Positions 17,301-32,300 of a stretch of 64,000 nucleotides of DNA are shown here, piece after piece (position 1 is the stretch's first letter; each line of letters begins with the position of its first letter). The position numbers and the translations under genes were made by a program. The stretch spans positions 10,218 to 74,217 of IMG/VR virus record IMGVR_UViG_3300022890_000019; one strand, written 5' to 3'. The notes beneath the pieces were generated by a model. That model had not been told where the DNA came from and searched no databases. It saw only the letters and a program-made list of their open reading frames with translations. The DNA is from a virus.

Positions 17301-20300
17301 ATTCCTATTTGCCGGTGCAAAAGGAACTTTGTCTTGTAAGGAGAAGGTAGTAACATCAAGGATAGAGAGATCTACAGTACCATCGTCTTCGATACCGTGA
17401 ATGGTAATCAGTGGATCAAAGCCTTCAAAGGCGCTATTGTATAATGCCCTGACAGCCTTAATATCGCTGTTTTTAAGGTCACTATACTTCATTACAGTTT
17501 CAATCTTATCACCCAGGCCAAGATAGAAAGCCATATCTGTTACAGCTTTCTCGCTATATACATTACCAAAGGCCTTTTTAGCTGCATCATAGATAGTTTC
17601 CTTCTGGTCTATCACTAGGTTAATAAAGTTCTGTACATTGTTCTTATAGGATACCTCGAAAGAGTTAATATGAGGAACAATATCTTTTTCTATAGCAGCC
17701 TCTAGCTGTTCATCAGTCATCGTATTAGGATAGGCAAAAGTCTTATCTAAGCTATGGAAGACATAGTTACCTGCATCATCGGTATAGCTCTTCATCTTAT
17801 GAAGTGTCGTTCTTACAAATTCTTCTGTGTTAAGCTCACCCATAGTATGTCCATACTCTGAATAAGGATTCACTATAGCTGCAAAGTCCTTAGTGGTATT
17901 TACTCCTTCTTGTAGGTAGAACTTATTACCTTCTTCTAGGGACCTGTAAGCGTCATCTAGCTGCCATATGTCATAGTTTACTGGATCAGTACCGTACGTT
18001 TGCCTACCAGTCTCGAGGAGGAAGTCTGAGACCTTACCTTCAGTGAATATCTTATCTAGCTTCTTCCTAAAAGGAAAGAATAGATCATGAAGTGAATTGT
18101 TAACAAGTGTGTTGATAGAGGTTGCTATATTCAGTAAAGCATCTAAAGAGGTATTATCAGTAAAAAAGTCTCTGATACTCTCTTTAAGCATCACCTTCAT
18201 AGCTGTATTCCTGTTGATTATCTGTGAAAGGATGGCCAGTACCTCATGAGTTACATCACCATCGGTAGTAGGTCTATTGTGTTCTTTAAGCTTTCTTACT
18301 ACATGGTCACGGATAGGTTCTATCAGCTTATCTCCATTGTTAGCAGAGTCTATGATAGTGTTCTTAATAGTATTCCAGGTAGCAGGATCATTCATTATCA
18401 TTATCCCATTCCTGAAATGCTGAAACTCATGGACAGGCATAGTAAAAGAGAACTTCTCTACATTCATATGTATACCATCACCGTCAAACATTCCAGAGGC
18501 TCCTTTTAAAGACTCAGTAGTACCTTCTGTAATAGGTACTCCTGTTACTTTTTCCTTTAAAGCATCCATCCACCGTTGTGCTGCCTTAGTTGACAGTCTA
18601 CCTAGACTATGCTTTTTAAAGTCTATCATAGTATAGCGAGTCATAGACCCTTCTTTGCCTACATACTTGCTTAAAGCACTCATAGACTTGTTGACAAACT
18701 TCTGTGCTTCTTCGGATCCTTCTATCTCTCTTACTAGTTCACCTTCTACAGTAGCTATAAACTCACTGTCTCCTTTCTTAATTTTATACTGTGCTTTTTG
18801 ATTCTTCTCTTCCTGCTGTTTAGCTATCTTAATCTGATAGTTTTCCTTAGCTTGCTCGATCTGTTCTTCTGAGAGATCAGCTTTCACCCAAACAACGTTC
18901 GTTGGCTGTATTCTGAGGGCTCTGATCAACGTTCCCTCCTCAGTGGTATATAACCCTTCCAGACGGTCTACGTTCATATTAGCGTAGCTGTGTCCTCTGA
19001 CATATGATAATGGTACCTGCTGGTTGTCTAATAGAAGATCTAGCTTCTCAGGACTCATCTTTACTATCTCCATAGTAGAAGTCATATCCTTGACAGTATC
19101 AAAGCCACCTCTCTCACCGATTAGATATTCATAGTCGTACTTCTCAAAAGCATTACCGAAGAGATCCTGATCATTTTTTATCCTGGCAGTGAAGTTAGCA
19201 GTAAACCTCTTAAAGTCTTTACGCTTCATAATAGTCTCAGGGAAGATACCTAGGTCTCTAGCCTTACGGGTGAGGAAACTGCTCATACCCTCTTTATGCT
19301 GTACCCACTTGGTAAACCTCTCTACAAGGTCGGTAAGCCTATTCATATTCTTAGGCATCCACTCCATCTCTGCCTTAGTCATCTCAAGACTCATAGCTAA
19401 GCCATCTTCACCATAGTAGTGTTCTGTACCCATGATTTCATTGATACTTCCTTTACGGTAGTTAAAGCCTGTATTGATAAGCTGGTTGACCCTGTATAGC
19501 TCTTTTAGGTATTTAGGTAACCTGTCGAATTCTATAGCTAGATCTGATAGCTGCTGCTCGCTGAGGTTAAAGGCATCTGCTAGCCTGATATATTCTTTCC
19601 CCTCTTGTCCTTGCAGAACAAGGTTAGCGATAAACTTATTATTCTTGATAGCATCATGAAACTCATTGGTATAGTCTATCCCTATAGCCTGTATAGCTCT
19701 GGAAGCATCACCGAAGTTCATAGTAGACATACTCCTGATAAGGTCATGAAACTGTGGGAACTGCCTTACAAAGAGTGTCCTTCCTTCTACATTATCTAGT
19801 GCTACCGTCTCGTAGTTAGACTCAGGAGAAAAATAGTTACCATCAATATCCTGAAGAGGTACTGCGATGTTAAACTTCCTTCCAGTAAATGATCTCTTAA
19901 AAAACTTATCCAGGAACAACTGCTGCATACCAGACTTAAAAGTATAAAACTGCTTTGCATAGTTAAAGACATTGTTAAGTTGTCCTTTCAAATAGTTAGG
20001 AGCAAAATAATCCCAGATCACTTTGTTGTCTTCCAGGAAAGTCTTAGAAGCCACCTCTCTCTGGTTGTTGATCTCATTATAATAATCTTTAAAGTGTGTG
20101 CGTCTTACAAATTCAGAGATGTTAATAGCCTTGGCTATTTCTAGCTCATAGTCCAATAATTTCTCTGCTTCATTGTTAGCTTCATCAAATTGTGAAGATA
20201 TAAGCCTGGAATATTTATTATCCAGTTTCTTAAAGTTCTCTATATGACTCTCTGCATTCCACTCAGCACCTTGCATAAACTCCTCGTAAGTCATCCCTAG

Positions 20301-23300
20301 ATACTTAGAAAGCTCGTTCTCTGCCTTATAGAGGTCAAAGTCCATTACTGGTACTCCATTGCGTAAAGCTACAAAGCGAGTCATCCTACGTAAAGCTTCT
20401 GCTGTGAAGACGTATTTTTTAAGCTCTGTAAGGACCTGATAGTTTTCTCTTCTCTCCTGCTCACTCTTTATAGCACGTATGTCTCTGGACAGCTCTTCTA
20501 TAAGATTCATGTCCGGTGGAGTGTTCTCATCTACCTTTTCAGCTTCAGTAAGTTTTGTCTCTAAAGCTTCTCTCTTAGAAAGTAAAGATTTGTTGCTGTC
20601 AGTATTTTTACTTCTCTCGTTAAGGACCATCTCTTCAGCTACCAGTTCATATACCTGTTCTGCCTCAAAAACTTCTAAGCTGTTCTGGAAACTTCTTTGT
20701 GTATAGATCTTCTCTACTACAGGATGTTCGAAGAATGTAGCTATCTCCTGGTTGCTCTTACCGTCAGCAGTCATTACAGCTACCACGGGAACAGCTTCAG
20801 CAGTGATACCTAGCCTACCTAATACAAGCTCTTTGGCATTATCTAAGGCTACCTGCATCCAATTACCTAAATTGATAAATGGAGATGTGCTCCACTGCTC
20901 TTCGTCAAACAGTGAGAGGTTTCTTAACCCCGGAGCATTATTTCTGATAAAGGTCTTTCCTAGCTGTGCCAGGTAAGAGACTCCTGAGAGAGACATGGCC
21001 AAGATACCTATAGCCTTGTTACCTTCACTAGCAGTTTGACTACTATCAAGGTAAGAGGCAAAATCATTATCTCTTCCATACTTTCTTTTCTTTTTATCTA
21101 CAAGTTCCTTTAAGCCTTTTACATCTGACTTAATAAATATCTTACTAGCATTAGCAGGGTCCTGGTATACATTGTCTATCTCATCAAGGATAGCGTTACG
21201 AGCACCACCCTCTCCTTCGATAGCTAACTTACCATCAGCAAACTCTCTCATATATACCGTTAACTGGTCAATATCCTGGTCAGCATTGTTACGGATGTTC
21301 ATCTCTACAGGAACATAAGCTGTGTTACCATTGTCATTGATAAAAGCTGTGATCTCTAATATAGAAGCACTGCCTAACCTATCTGCAGGTACACGACCTG
21401 AATATACTTTTAGAGACTCTTTGAAGTTTCTAAAGTAAGACAGTGGATCTTCTGGACTGTTTCTAAATATAGGAGAACTCTCTTTGTTGATAACAGAGCC
21501 ACCTTCAGCTAAAGTCTGTAAGAAGTCTATAAACTCATCATCGTTTAGGTTACGTACATTCCAGGATAACACTTCTCCATTAGCTTCTGCTTCTATAGTA
21601 AAGACATCGTTAAGAGTTTCATCATTCTTTATACCAAACTCTCTCATGTAAGGATAAGGCATTACCGTCTGTCCTCTCTGAATACCTTCATTGCCAGCAG
21701 TCATATCTTTTAAGTCTGCAGGAGTATATCCGAGATCTATAAGGTCTTCTACTGACTCTATAGTGCTATTGGTAAACCGTTCTATCTCTTGTAGAGTATA
21801 AGGAATCCCATTCTCATAATAAAGCTGATAACCATAGGAAGAAGACTGGTTTACACGTAAGCCTTTAAAAGAGGTACGTATAGCATTGTCGTTTACAAAA
21901 CTCCTATAAGCCTGTTTTAACTTCTGTGCTACTTCAGGAGAATGTATAATGCCAGGGTTGTTGATAACATTGTTGATAAGGTCAGTGTATCCTGTGATAA
22001 GACCCATCTGACGTATAGCCTGTAAGCCTCTCTCTCTGAGGAAAGAAACAAACTTCTCTATATCCTGTTCGTTAAAGGCTGCTTCTGGTTTGTTAGCCTC
22101 TATACCCATCAAAGTATTTATCCTAGCCTTACTCATAGTATAAAGCTCTTCTTGTAATATCCTTATCCTCTTACCTCTGTTTAGGTTACTAGCACCTATG
22201 CCCATATAGGATAGATTCTGTGAAGGAGGAGCCTGTCTTTGTACCTTGTTAGTCTCTTGGTATGGATTTAACACTATACGCAGAGAAGAGTTGTCAAAAT
22301 CTCTTGCTATGAGATCTTTCTCTTCAGAAGAGTAAGGATCATACATGTTCACATAGTTGACAGTCTGCTTCTCTATAGTCTCATCAGCAAATCCTCTTGG
22401 AGTACGAGCCTTTATCTCTTCAGAGAAGTTACTCTCTTCTACGATCCAGTCTCTTAGGTTCCTAAATGCTTTCTGTGCATCCCTGCTACCAGCATGACCT
22501 GTAGCTTCATAAAGTTCTTTGAATTTAGCATAGAGGTCTATATCATAGTTCTCAAAGTCTTTTCTCATAACCTTTGTGACATGATCTAATAGATCTTTTT
22601 GCATCTGACGTACAGGAAGTGTCTGTTCGTAGGTCTGAGAGCTGAAAAAATTCATAGACTCTTTTTCCTGGTACTGATCACCATACTGAAAATCCATACG
22701 ATTATCCAGAGTCTTGACTCTTGTCTTGTCAATAGGACCATACTGATAATCTATACCACTTTTCTCCATAAAAGATTCCCAGAGCATAAACCCATTCACA
22801 CCACCGTCATCATTTTCTATCCATTCACCGGTCGTTGCATCTTCTTTGTACATGGTACTAACCATTATCTCCTTACCCATAGCAGGGAGACCATATTTAG
22901 TATTTACTACAAGCTTACTACCACCAGTTGCTTTAGATCCTGATCTCTTAACCTTATCAGCAGCATCTTTATGGTTCTGTACATTACCAAAGGCAAACTC
23001 TCCTACCGCATTGTTAACGATATGGTATGCATAGAAGTGAGCTTTGTAGACAGGATTCCATATTATATTCTCTGTAGTAGTTGTGACTGTGATAGGAGTC
23101 TCGGAAACACCATAGCGATTTGCTGAAATAGACATCTCTTCCATGTGCTCTTCCATCTTCTCTGTATAGAAGTAACCCATCTTACCTTCTATAAGGGTTT
23201 TTACGTCGTTTTGTTGACGATATCCTATTTGTGATAGCTTACCTGCATATTCCCTATATAGTGGAAAGAACAGCTTATCTCTTTCAGTCTTGTTTAGTAA

Positions 23301-26300
23301 GGCAAACCTTTCTCCATTGTTAGAGAACTTCTGATAGTTGTCATGGTTATAGATAGCTTCATATCCAGGTACCTTAAACAGTATAGAATTACCGAGTGTA
23401 ACAGTATTACCATCTAAGAAGTAATCTTTGTTCTTACGTAGTCCAGAACGCATTAGGTCTATAGCCTGCTCATCGGTGAGAGTCTTAGAGAAAGATTCTA
23501 GGCTTTTAGGATTAAAGTTCTTTAAGTCTTTAACAGACCATAGCTCTCTAGGAAATACTTTGGTAAGGTTGTTAGCAGGTATCTCTCTGGCAAATTTACC
23601 CTGGGACATCTGCATCTCTCTGTTAGCTCTCTCAAATTCTATAGCGATACCATGGCTTATCATCTTCTCATCTACATTAGCTGAGGTGATATTACCATTA
23701 GAGTCTCTATCTATGTTTATCAGTCTTCTTCCCTTTCCAAAGGAGAAGTCAGTATTAGTAATATATGTTAGCTCTTTATCAGCTATATTAGTCATAGTAA
23801 GAAAGATATCCTGAAGCTTATCAGTAGACTTACGTATACCTTCTATGAAATTAGCAAGGTTTATAGTAGCTAGATCTTTAGAACCAGGCTTTACAATACC
23901 TCTATTACCTACACGCAGTCCATTACCTATAGTGAGGCTTCGTATACGGATACCTTTAGGATCAGCTATCCAGTTAGTCCATTTGCCTTTAGTATTCTTC
24001 CAGATAGAGTTATCTAGTATTTCTTTAGGCATATTATTGATCTTATCAGTAAGCCACGCAGAACCATCCCCGAACATATCAAAGACCCAGGACTTCATCT
24101 TAAATCCCCAGGCTTTAGTACCATCAGGTCTATTGGAGAAGAGATCGGAGTCTATACCCTTATTATATACTTCCAGTGCTGCTATCACACCAAAGGCATT
24201 ATAATAGTCTACAGGCTTATAAATCTTAACATCACTCTTAATAGTCTCTACGTTGTTACCTGCAAAGACTTTCTCAAAACCATCTATAGTGCTATCGGTG
24301 ATGTTCATCTTCTTACGAAAGGAACTCATCTCTTGGTTGAAAGGTACAGATAGTTCTTTTATCTGCTTAGCTTCTTGCTTTTTTGCTTCCTCTTCATTAA
24401 TAGCTTTATTGTCTAGCTTACGCAATATACCCTTGTTGATAGTCTCTATCTTGTCGAGCATGGTAAGGTTAGAAGACGCAGACCAGAACATATTCATAAA
24501 GGTCTCTGCCAGGAAGGTATTAGTGTTCTCTAAGTTATACTCAGGAGTACGTTTGTTCAGCTCTACCCTAGCACCTTCATGGTGCATGTTGTTATACATA
24601 TTGTAGATAGTCTGGTCAGTGACGTTCTTGAGTCCTATAAAGTTCTTGATGTATGTGAGTATCTTATCTCTACTGTCGTTGTCATGGAAAGCCTCAGTGA
24701 AAGAGATCTTACCGTCAGTATAAGAGATGACTTTTATCTTCTGCTTGTTCTTTACATAGGAGATACCACTAGAAGTAACTTCAAACTCTGCATTCTTACC
24801 ACTGCCTAGTCTATCTTTTACATGCTCTCTGAAGCTCCGGGTGTCTTTGTCATATAGTGTCTGAGAGATGCCATCGATAATCTCTTTCTTCTTGTTATCA
24901 AAAGTATTCTCAAAGGAGTTAACAATATTATATACCGTCTCGTCTCCTGACTTCTTAGACTCTATAAAAGAAGACTTAGGCCTCATAAAAGAAATATTAT
25001 AGGATATCAGTGAGTTGATAAAGTCTGAGAGGTCACTCTGGATATCTAGCTTTAGCTGAGACACATTGCTTCTACCGTCACTCTTGATAAGCTCATCGAT
25101 ACTATTTATCCTATTGCTTAATGAAGGTTTACCTGTGAAAGCTTCAAAGAACCTATGATAGAAACTAAGGATGTTACTACCCTTATAGGTGTCAAGTCCT
25201 GCCTCAGTAGCTAAGTTATAGAGTTCCTGAGTAAAGGCCTCTACTGGATTCAGTGAAGGATCTTTTAGTAGCCTGTTAGCTACACGCATCCCTGCATCTT
25301 TCAGAGACTTCTCAAGGTCCTTACTGTTCACAAAGGCATATGCATCTTTAGTATCCCACTCGTTGCGTACCAATCTCCCATTGCTAGAATAATAGTACTG
25401 ATGAAACCTAGTAGCATTTATCTGCATCTTCATAAAGTCACTCTTAGTCTGGTCAGGATTTGCATCATCCCCGGCTCTGTTATACTGAGTAGACTGCTTA
25501 TTCCATTTGTAGAAGCGACCTGTCTCTGGGTTATACCCTGGCATAAGCCTTACTATAAAAGAAGTGAATATTTCTTGGTTAGCTAACCTAAGCCACCCTA
25601 GATTTCTTCTCTCTACTATAGAGAGTTTCTTTGCATCGTCATCAGTGATCTGGCTGTAAGGGATACCTACAGAGGTAAGCTCATCAGCAAACTCATTACC
25701 ATACTCTTCATACTCTTTCTGTACATCTTTGATAGCTTCTGTCATAGGTACTACCTTGTCAACAGATAAATCAGAAGAGAAGAAAGTATATTGTATTACT
25801 GCATCAGCTACAGCATTGAGATACTTGTTAATGTCATTACCAAATACCTTATATTGATTATTGAAGATCTCTATATAGTCAGTGTTAGGAGTATCATCTT
25901 TAGCGAATCCATCTTCTGCCTTATGGTTAAAGTTATCAGCCTGGTATTCGTCAAGCTCACTCTCTCCTTCCATTCTTACAATGTCTCTACCACCATCATG
26001 TACTGGTTGTACATTTCTATAGTAACCGTGATCCATCTTATAAAATAGCTCATCGAGAGTATTTACCCTCTTAGTATATCCATTAAAGAGCTTGTTTACA
26101 AAGTCTACAAATCTACTCCATAGTCCTTGCTTAGGCTTTACAGAGTCTAAGTTTAGTCCTGAATAGCCATAGTCTCTTGCCATCCACTCTGTAAGATAGT
26201 CTTCAGTAGCATTAGGAAGGCCTAACAGTTCCTTTGTGGCATTATAGAGCCTCTGACGAGAGTTCTCATCAATTAGGTAGTCGAATACCAGATGAAAGAA

Positions 26301-29300
26301 TTCGTGCTTAGGAGTAGTGTATTTAATACCTTTTTTATACAAGGCTAGTTTTATCCTACCATTATACATTAACCCGTGGATGTCCATACCGTCAAACTGA
26401 AGGTTAGGAGTAATATCATTCTTTACCTGTTCCCAAATAGAAGGGTGAGCTATCTTTTCGAATAGTTCTCTTACCGCAGCTACAGTTACAGTACGTGGCT
26501 CTATGTTATCAGTCTTTATTTCAAACCTAGGTCTCTTAGCACCTTTCTTACTTGCAGGTCCATCTGAACTTTTAGGAGTCTTATTAGTAATTTCTTCGTT
26601 AACGTCAACAAGTCCATCAGTAGATATATTTACATATGGAAAGTGTATAGCCTCTGCACTGGTAACGATATTCTCCATCTCACTAGGTGATAACTCTCTG
26701 GTACTTGTGCTTAGGTCTATAGTATACGGCTGGTATAGTTTGTCTATCTGTAGTCTTAGGTTCGCTGCCTCACCGGTAACGTCATCTTTATATAGCTCTG
26801 TCACCTGGTCCAGGAATGCATCTAGTACGTCAAGCTTTATCTGTGCATCGGTACGTACATTGTCTGAATCTAAAAGGAAGATATCTCTGTTTACCCTTAC
26901 ATTGACTCTACCACCTACCTTTTCAAAGTAGGTACCAAAGAAGTCGTTAAGAGCTTTGTTATTAGTAATGATGCTTAGGTTTTGTGCGAAGACATTCTTC
27001 CAGAACATCCTGTTAAGTTCACTACCAAAGAAGCTATCCTGTTCAGAGGCACGGATATCTTTTAGGCTCTGCTTGTCCTCTTTGATCTTCTCATGCATCC
27101 TCTTAGAATTCATCTTCCCAAGGTTGTTAGTCTTAAAGATCACATAGGCCTCGTTAGCAGTACTGTTTACATCACCTTCAGAGAACTTATACTTTAAGAG
27201 TAGTCCTACCCTACCACTACCATAGAATGTCTGTACTATCTTATCAGAGAAAGTAACCATTTGTCCGGAAAGTGTATTCTCTATATGAGCCATAAACTCA
27301 GCAAAAGTTCTAAGAGGACCTTTGTTATAGATTACATTACCCTCGTTGATATCATTTTCTAGTATGATCTCTCCAAAGCTGTACTCATCGGTATTAGAGT
27401 CATATCCTTTCTTTCTCAGAGAAGCCTTATAGTAGTTAACCTCTTTGTTAGCTGTATGGTGTTCTGGGCTTAGCTCCATGCCTGTATAGCTACTGTCAAA
27501 GCCTTCAGATATCTGTCGCTTTATATTCTCTAAGGGCTGTGAGTAATCTCTTATCTGCTGCTTAGCGTATCCTGCATCAGTCTCCCCCAGAGAAGCTATA
27601 TATTGATTTCTTTGTAAGATCTCTCTTTCATTACTTGTAAGAGACTCTTCGTTGATAGCACTAACCTTAATAGCTAGCACGTTGTCAAAGTTCTTCCAGG
27701 TACCAGTATTTCTATCTTCCATCAATGCTGACTTTAGATATACTAGCTCAGAAGTTACCTTTCTCTTATAGACCATGTTTAAGATAGACACTCTATCCTT
27801 ACGTAGCTGATCCATATTTACATCAGCTGACGAAGTGTTAAAGACACTATAGATAGTACCCCAAAGCTTGTTACCGTTAAGCCACGCCTTAGCTTGTCCT
27901 GTGAAGAACGTCTTACCACTCTCTATGTCATCAAGGTCAGTAGTCTCTTTAGGGCCACTGCGAAGGGTATACTCTTTCTCAAAAGTGTTAAGATCTATCT
28001 GCTTGCCACCGAGGTATATTTCATACTCTACCACACCATCAGTAGTTTTCTCTATAATAGAATCTATGATATAGAAGTTTCCTGTAGAGACTTCATCAGC
28101 TACAGCACCTTTAACGATGCTTGGCTTTCCTGGGTACTCAGTAAGATACTTGTTAGTAGTATATCCGGGAGTAGGTGCAGGAGTCTTGACTATAGGATCC
28201 AATATTCCTAGAGCTACCTGTGACTCTTTACCAAAAGGTTCTGCTAAAGTCTTGGTAAGCTCATTATAAGCTTTATATTTCTGTCCTGTAGCAAAAGAGT
28301 CTGCTGTCAGGTCTTTCTGGTTCGTTACACTCTGGGTAATCTTAAAGAAGGCACCAGAATCATCTCCTTTGTTGATAGTATAGATACCGTTCTTACGGAA
28401 CTTGTGAAGGATAGGAGTAGCTATCTTAGTCTTTACCTCTTTAGGTTTCTCCTGTGGCTTGATAGCTGACTCTATACCTATGTTCTTTAGATACTCATTC
28501 ATATCATTATAGATATCAGAAGTATCAAGTACCTCTTGCTGACCATCTATCCACCATGAAGGCCTCTGTGTAAGATTTAACCCTTCTGAGCCTACCAGAC
28601 CCATAAAGCGAGAAGCTCTCCCTACAGCTGTATAAGCACTGTTAGAAGCTACAAATTCTTTTAACTCTTTACCATTGTATTTATATCCCCAGCTATTGAG
28701 GTTTACTGCCATGTATACTTCATCTTTACGAAGACCTTGGATGCTTGGAATCTTCCTAGGCATCACATTGGTTGCAGGATCAGACATCAACACATATACC
28801 TGTCCCTGGAATTCTGTCTTTAGGTTACCATGCTTGTCAAAGAGCTTTTCAACTATCTTCCTAGTTTCCTCTTTGGTGTTAGGATCTTTTAGGAGTGCAT
28901 CTATCTGTTCTGAGTTTAAGAAGACAAGAGCACTGCTTACACTCTCTGGCCTGGACAGTGCATCACTGATAACACTATCTACAGTATTATAATATTTTCC
29001 TCCCTCTCTTCTAGTTATCCCTACTGCTTCATATTCGTTGACATACACTTCAGGATAACCCATAGAGTTATTGTCTAGTCTGTTCCTAAACGCTTCTGCT
29101 AGTCTTTCGATAACAGGATTGCGAGTGGTGAACTTAAACATCACCGGGAACGTACGAGCACCCGTCTTCTGTGCATAGGAGATATTGTTCTTAGCATCAG
29201 GAGGCATCATCTGTGAAGCATCACCGAGCCATATGATCTGAAAGCTAGGATCGGTAGTATCTTCATTATAGTTCTTATTGATAACTTGTAGGTTGTCTTT

Positions 29301-32300
29301 ACTAAGCAGAGAAGCCTCATCGACTATCATACCTTCATACTGATTAGGGTTTTGTACCTTACCACCTATGAAGTCTGCCATAGAGATATTATCAAATACC
29401 TGATCAATACCTTCTAAAGAACTGCTTAGCGTATTTAGTACCTCCTGGGTATGGTGTACCAATAAATATTTTCTTTTAGGATCTTTTTTAAGCTGGTCTC
29501 TGATAGCTATAGCTTCAGGAATCATATGCTGACTCTTACCACCTCCAAAGTCTCCTCTCATAAAGATAGAGTTAGCCATAAAGATATCTTCTTTCTCTGA
29601 CACCTTCTTTATATGTTCACTGTTGTTAAATTCTACCTCCCTGACGATCTTGAGCACATCAGCATTATGTCCTAGCAGTTGGTTTACCACCATATTCACA
29701 CCCATCATCTGTTCGAAGGTAGAGATATTCTGAGCCGTTACATTGACTTTAGACCTTGCACCCTGAAGAGTATTGATGCTCTCTCCATTAAGAGCCATGA
29801 GGAAGTTTACCAGGTAGGTATATCCTTCATGAGTCTTATATACATCATTGACACTATTTACCTTTAACAGATTATAGTAATAGTTAAGAGTCTCTCCTAC
29901 CTTAGTATAGTCAGGAGCATTGAAGTAAGCTGAGTTGTATCTGAACTTCTTAGCAGCAAGTAGCCTGTTTATAAAGTCATAGTTCACTAGCTGGTCACTG
30001 GCACCCTGCATCTTTACAAAAATGTCATGTAGCACCTTCTCACTGTTTAACAAGTCTGCCATCTCCTCTACACCCGGAGGAGTGTTTTTATCCTTTTGTT
30101 CCTGGGTAAGGTCTTTAACATCTTCTAACAGTTTCTTAATATCAGGAACGAGCTCTTCCATCATGGTAGGATCCATCTCATAGAAGAGAGTCACTACCTG
30201 CTTCTGAGCATTGATATGTCCTTGACGTAGCTTGATCTGGAAAAACTTACTAGCTTCTTTAGCTAGCTGTACACTGTTACCCATAGTATCGAGATCTATC
30301 AACATCTCACTTACTTGCTCTCTGCTATTCCTTAGCTCTGACTCACTGACATAATATTTATATGCAGGTAGCTCTTTATTCTTTGAAGGTTCTAGCTTAG
30401 GATGATCTGATCCTTTAGAGAAGAAGAACATTCCTTTATCAGCAGTCTTCAGAGCATCTCTAACAGCATTGATAGACTTAATCAAAGAGGCTGCAGTAGA
30501 CGGGTTAAGGTCAGTACTTGTCTGCTCCCTGAAGTTATCCACCCTAGCCCTCATCTCTTCGAGAAACATCATAGGTACATTGTCATCATTGCTTAGCTGT
30601 CTTATCTTCTCTGTATTCTCATCTACAAAAGCATTCTCTGATAGCTGTGTAATAGCATCTATAGTTTCCCTGGTAGTATTAAGCTGATCTTTTACATCTT
30701 CATTGGTAGGATCAGTAGCATATTCATCGTTAAGTTCTTTCTCAAGTTGTTCTAGCTGCTTCTGATATTTAGCACTTTCTCTTATTGCCTGGATCTGCTC
30801 TTCATTACCCTGTGCAGGGATACCAAAAGTAATTTCTTTAGAGAGAGCTATTATTGCCTTGCAGACACCCTCAAACCCCTTCATAAGGTCTTTCTTTGAC
30901 TTTAGCTTAGAAGCTTCACCTACGGTAGTAAATAGGTCTTTGTGGGTAACTACAGTCTCATTGTTACTCTTTACAATCTTCTCTTGCTTTTCTATTTCCT
31001 GAGTCTGGTATTCTGTGAGCTTCTGTGAGAACTCTGTAGCTTTCTCATAGGTATCTAAATGATCCAGGATATTCCTTTTGTATTTAGTCTGGTACTTCTC
31101 TGACTTCCGAAACTTATCGGTAAGCTCTGTACCTTCATTCTTAAAATGTTCATCAGAGACATTCTTAGCATAGAGTAAAGCACTATACTTCTCTCTGATA
31201 GCTTCATTATATTTCTTACTGTATTTTGTGTCTGCACCTTCAGGAACAGTATACTCTTGTATAGCTTGAGAGACAACACCTAGCTGCTCATCGATCTTAG
31301 CTATCTGTGCAGCATCTTCCTCGGTAGCCTCTTCCTTATTCTCTAATGCTAGCTTCTGCTCAGCAAGACCTTTATAGGATACGATAAGATCAGTAAGTTC
31401 TTTCTGCATGAGCTTACTCCTACCTATAGCCTCAAGTACTATTGGGTTGTCAATACCAAAATCTTTAACGATACCTTCAAACATATCCATAGACTGCATC
31501 ATACCCTGATATGCAACATCATTCATAGAACCATCAACACTCTCAGGATTTTTTATTTCTCCTTCAGTAGAGATGTAATTTGGACCTAAAGACTCTTTGT
31601 TATATAGATCTTGAGTAGCCTTTCTTAGCTTATCCATCTCACCAGTTACACCATAATAACCCATAGTATAATCTGCCATAGGATTCTTGCCGGCACCCAT
31701 AGTGAGTCCCATTGTAATACCACCCATAAATCCTGCTACAGTAGACTCTAGTACATTATCTCCTATCCTATTAGATAAGTTCTCTAAGTAACTCTTATTA
31801 GCATCTACAGGACCAAATAATCCTTTTCCTGGTAATAATCCATTCTCTCCATCATATCTTATCTGATCATGGAATGTCTGCATAGAGTTCTCTATCATCT
31901 GCTGAAAGAATTCTTCTGTTCCTTCTTCACCACCTGCTAAGATAGTTCTAGCAAATATAGTTTTCCCCTCAGAAATAGCTTTGATAAAGCCGTGCAACCA
32001 TAATCTTTTTTGTGTCTTTGTACCTTCTTTAAGATTCTTTATACCAAATTTTTTCATTACCTTTTTAGCTGCAGTTAACCTTGCTGCCTTATCTACAAAA
32101 TAACCTGATCCTCTAGCAATAACATTTCTGCCTATAAATCCTTCTGTAAATGTCTCAGAAGCTACCTGTATAGGATACATCCAAGCGATATCAGCTTCCT
32201 CTATCCCCATATCTCTAGCAGTCTGTACAAAGTGATGGCCACTCATTAATCCAAAGACTCCAAAAGATGTCCAGGTAGAAGCAAAAGATTTAAACCCATT

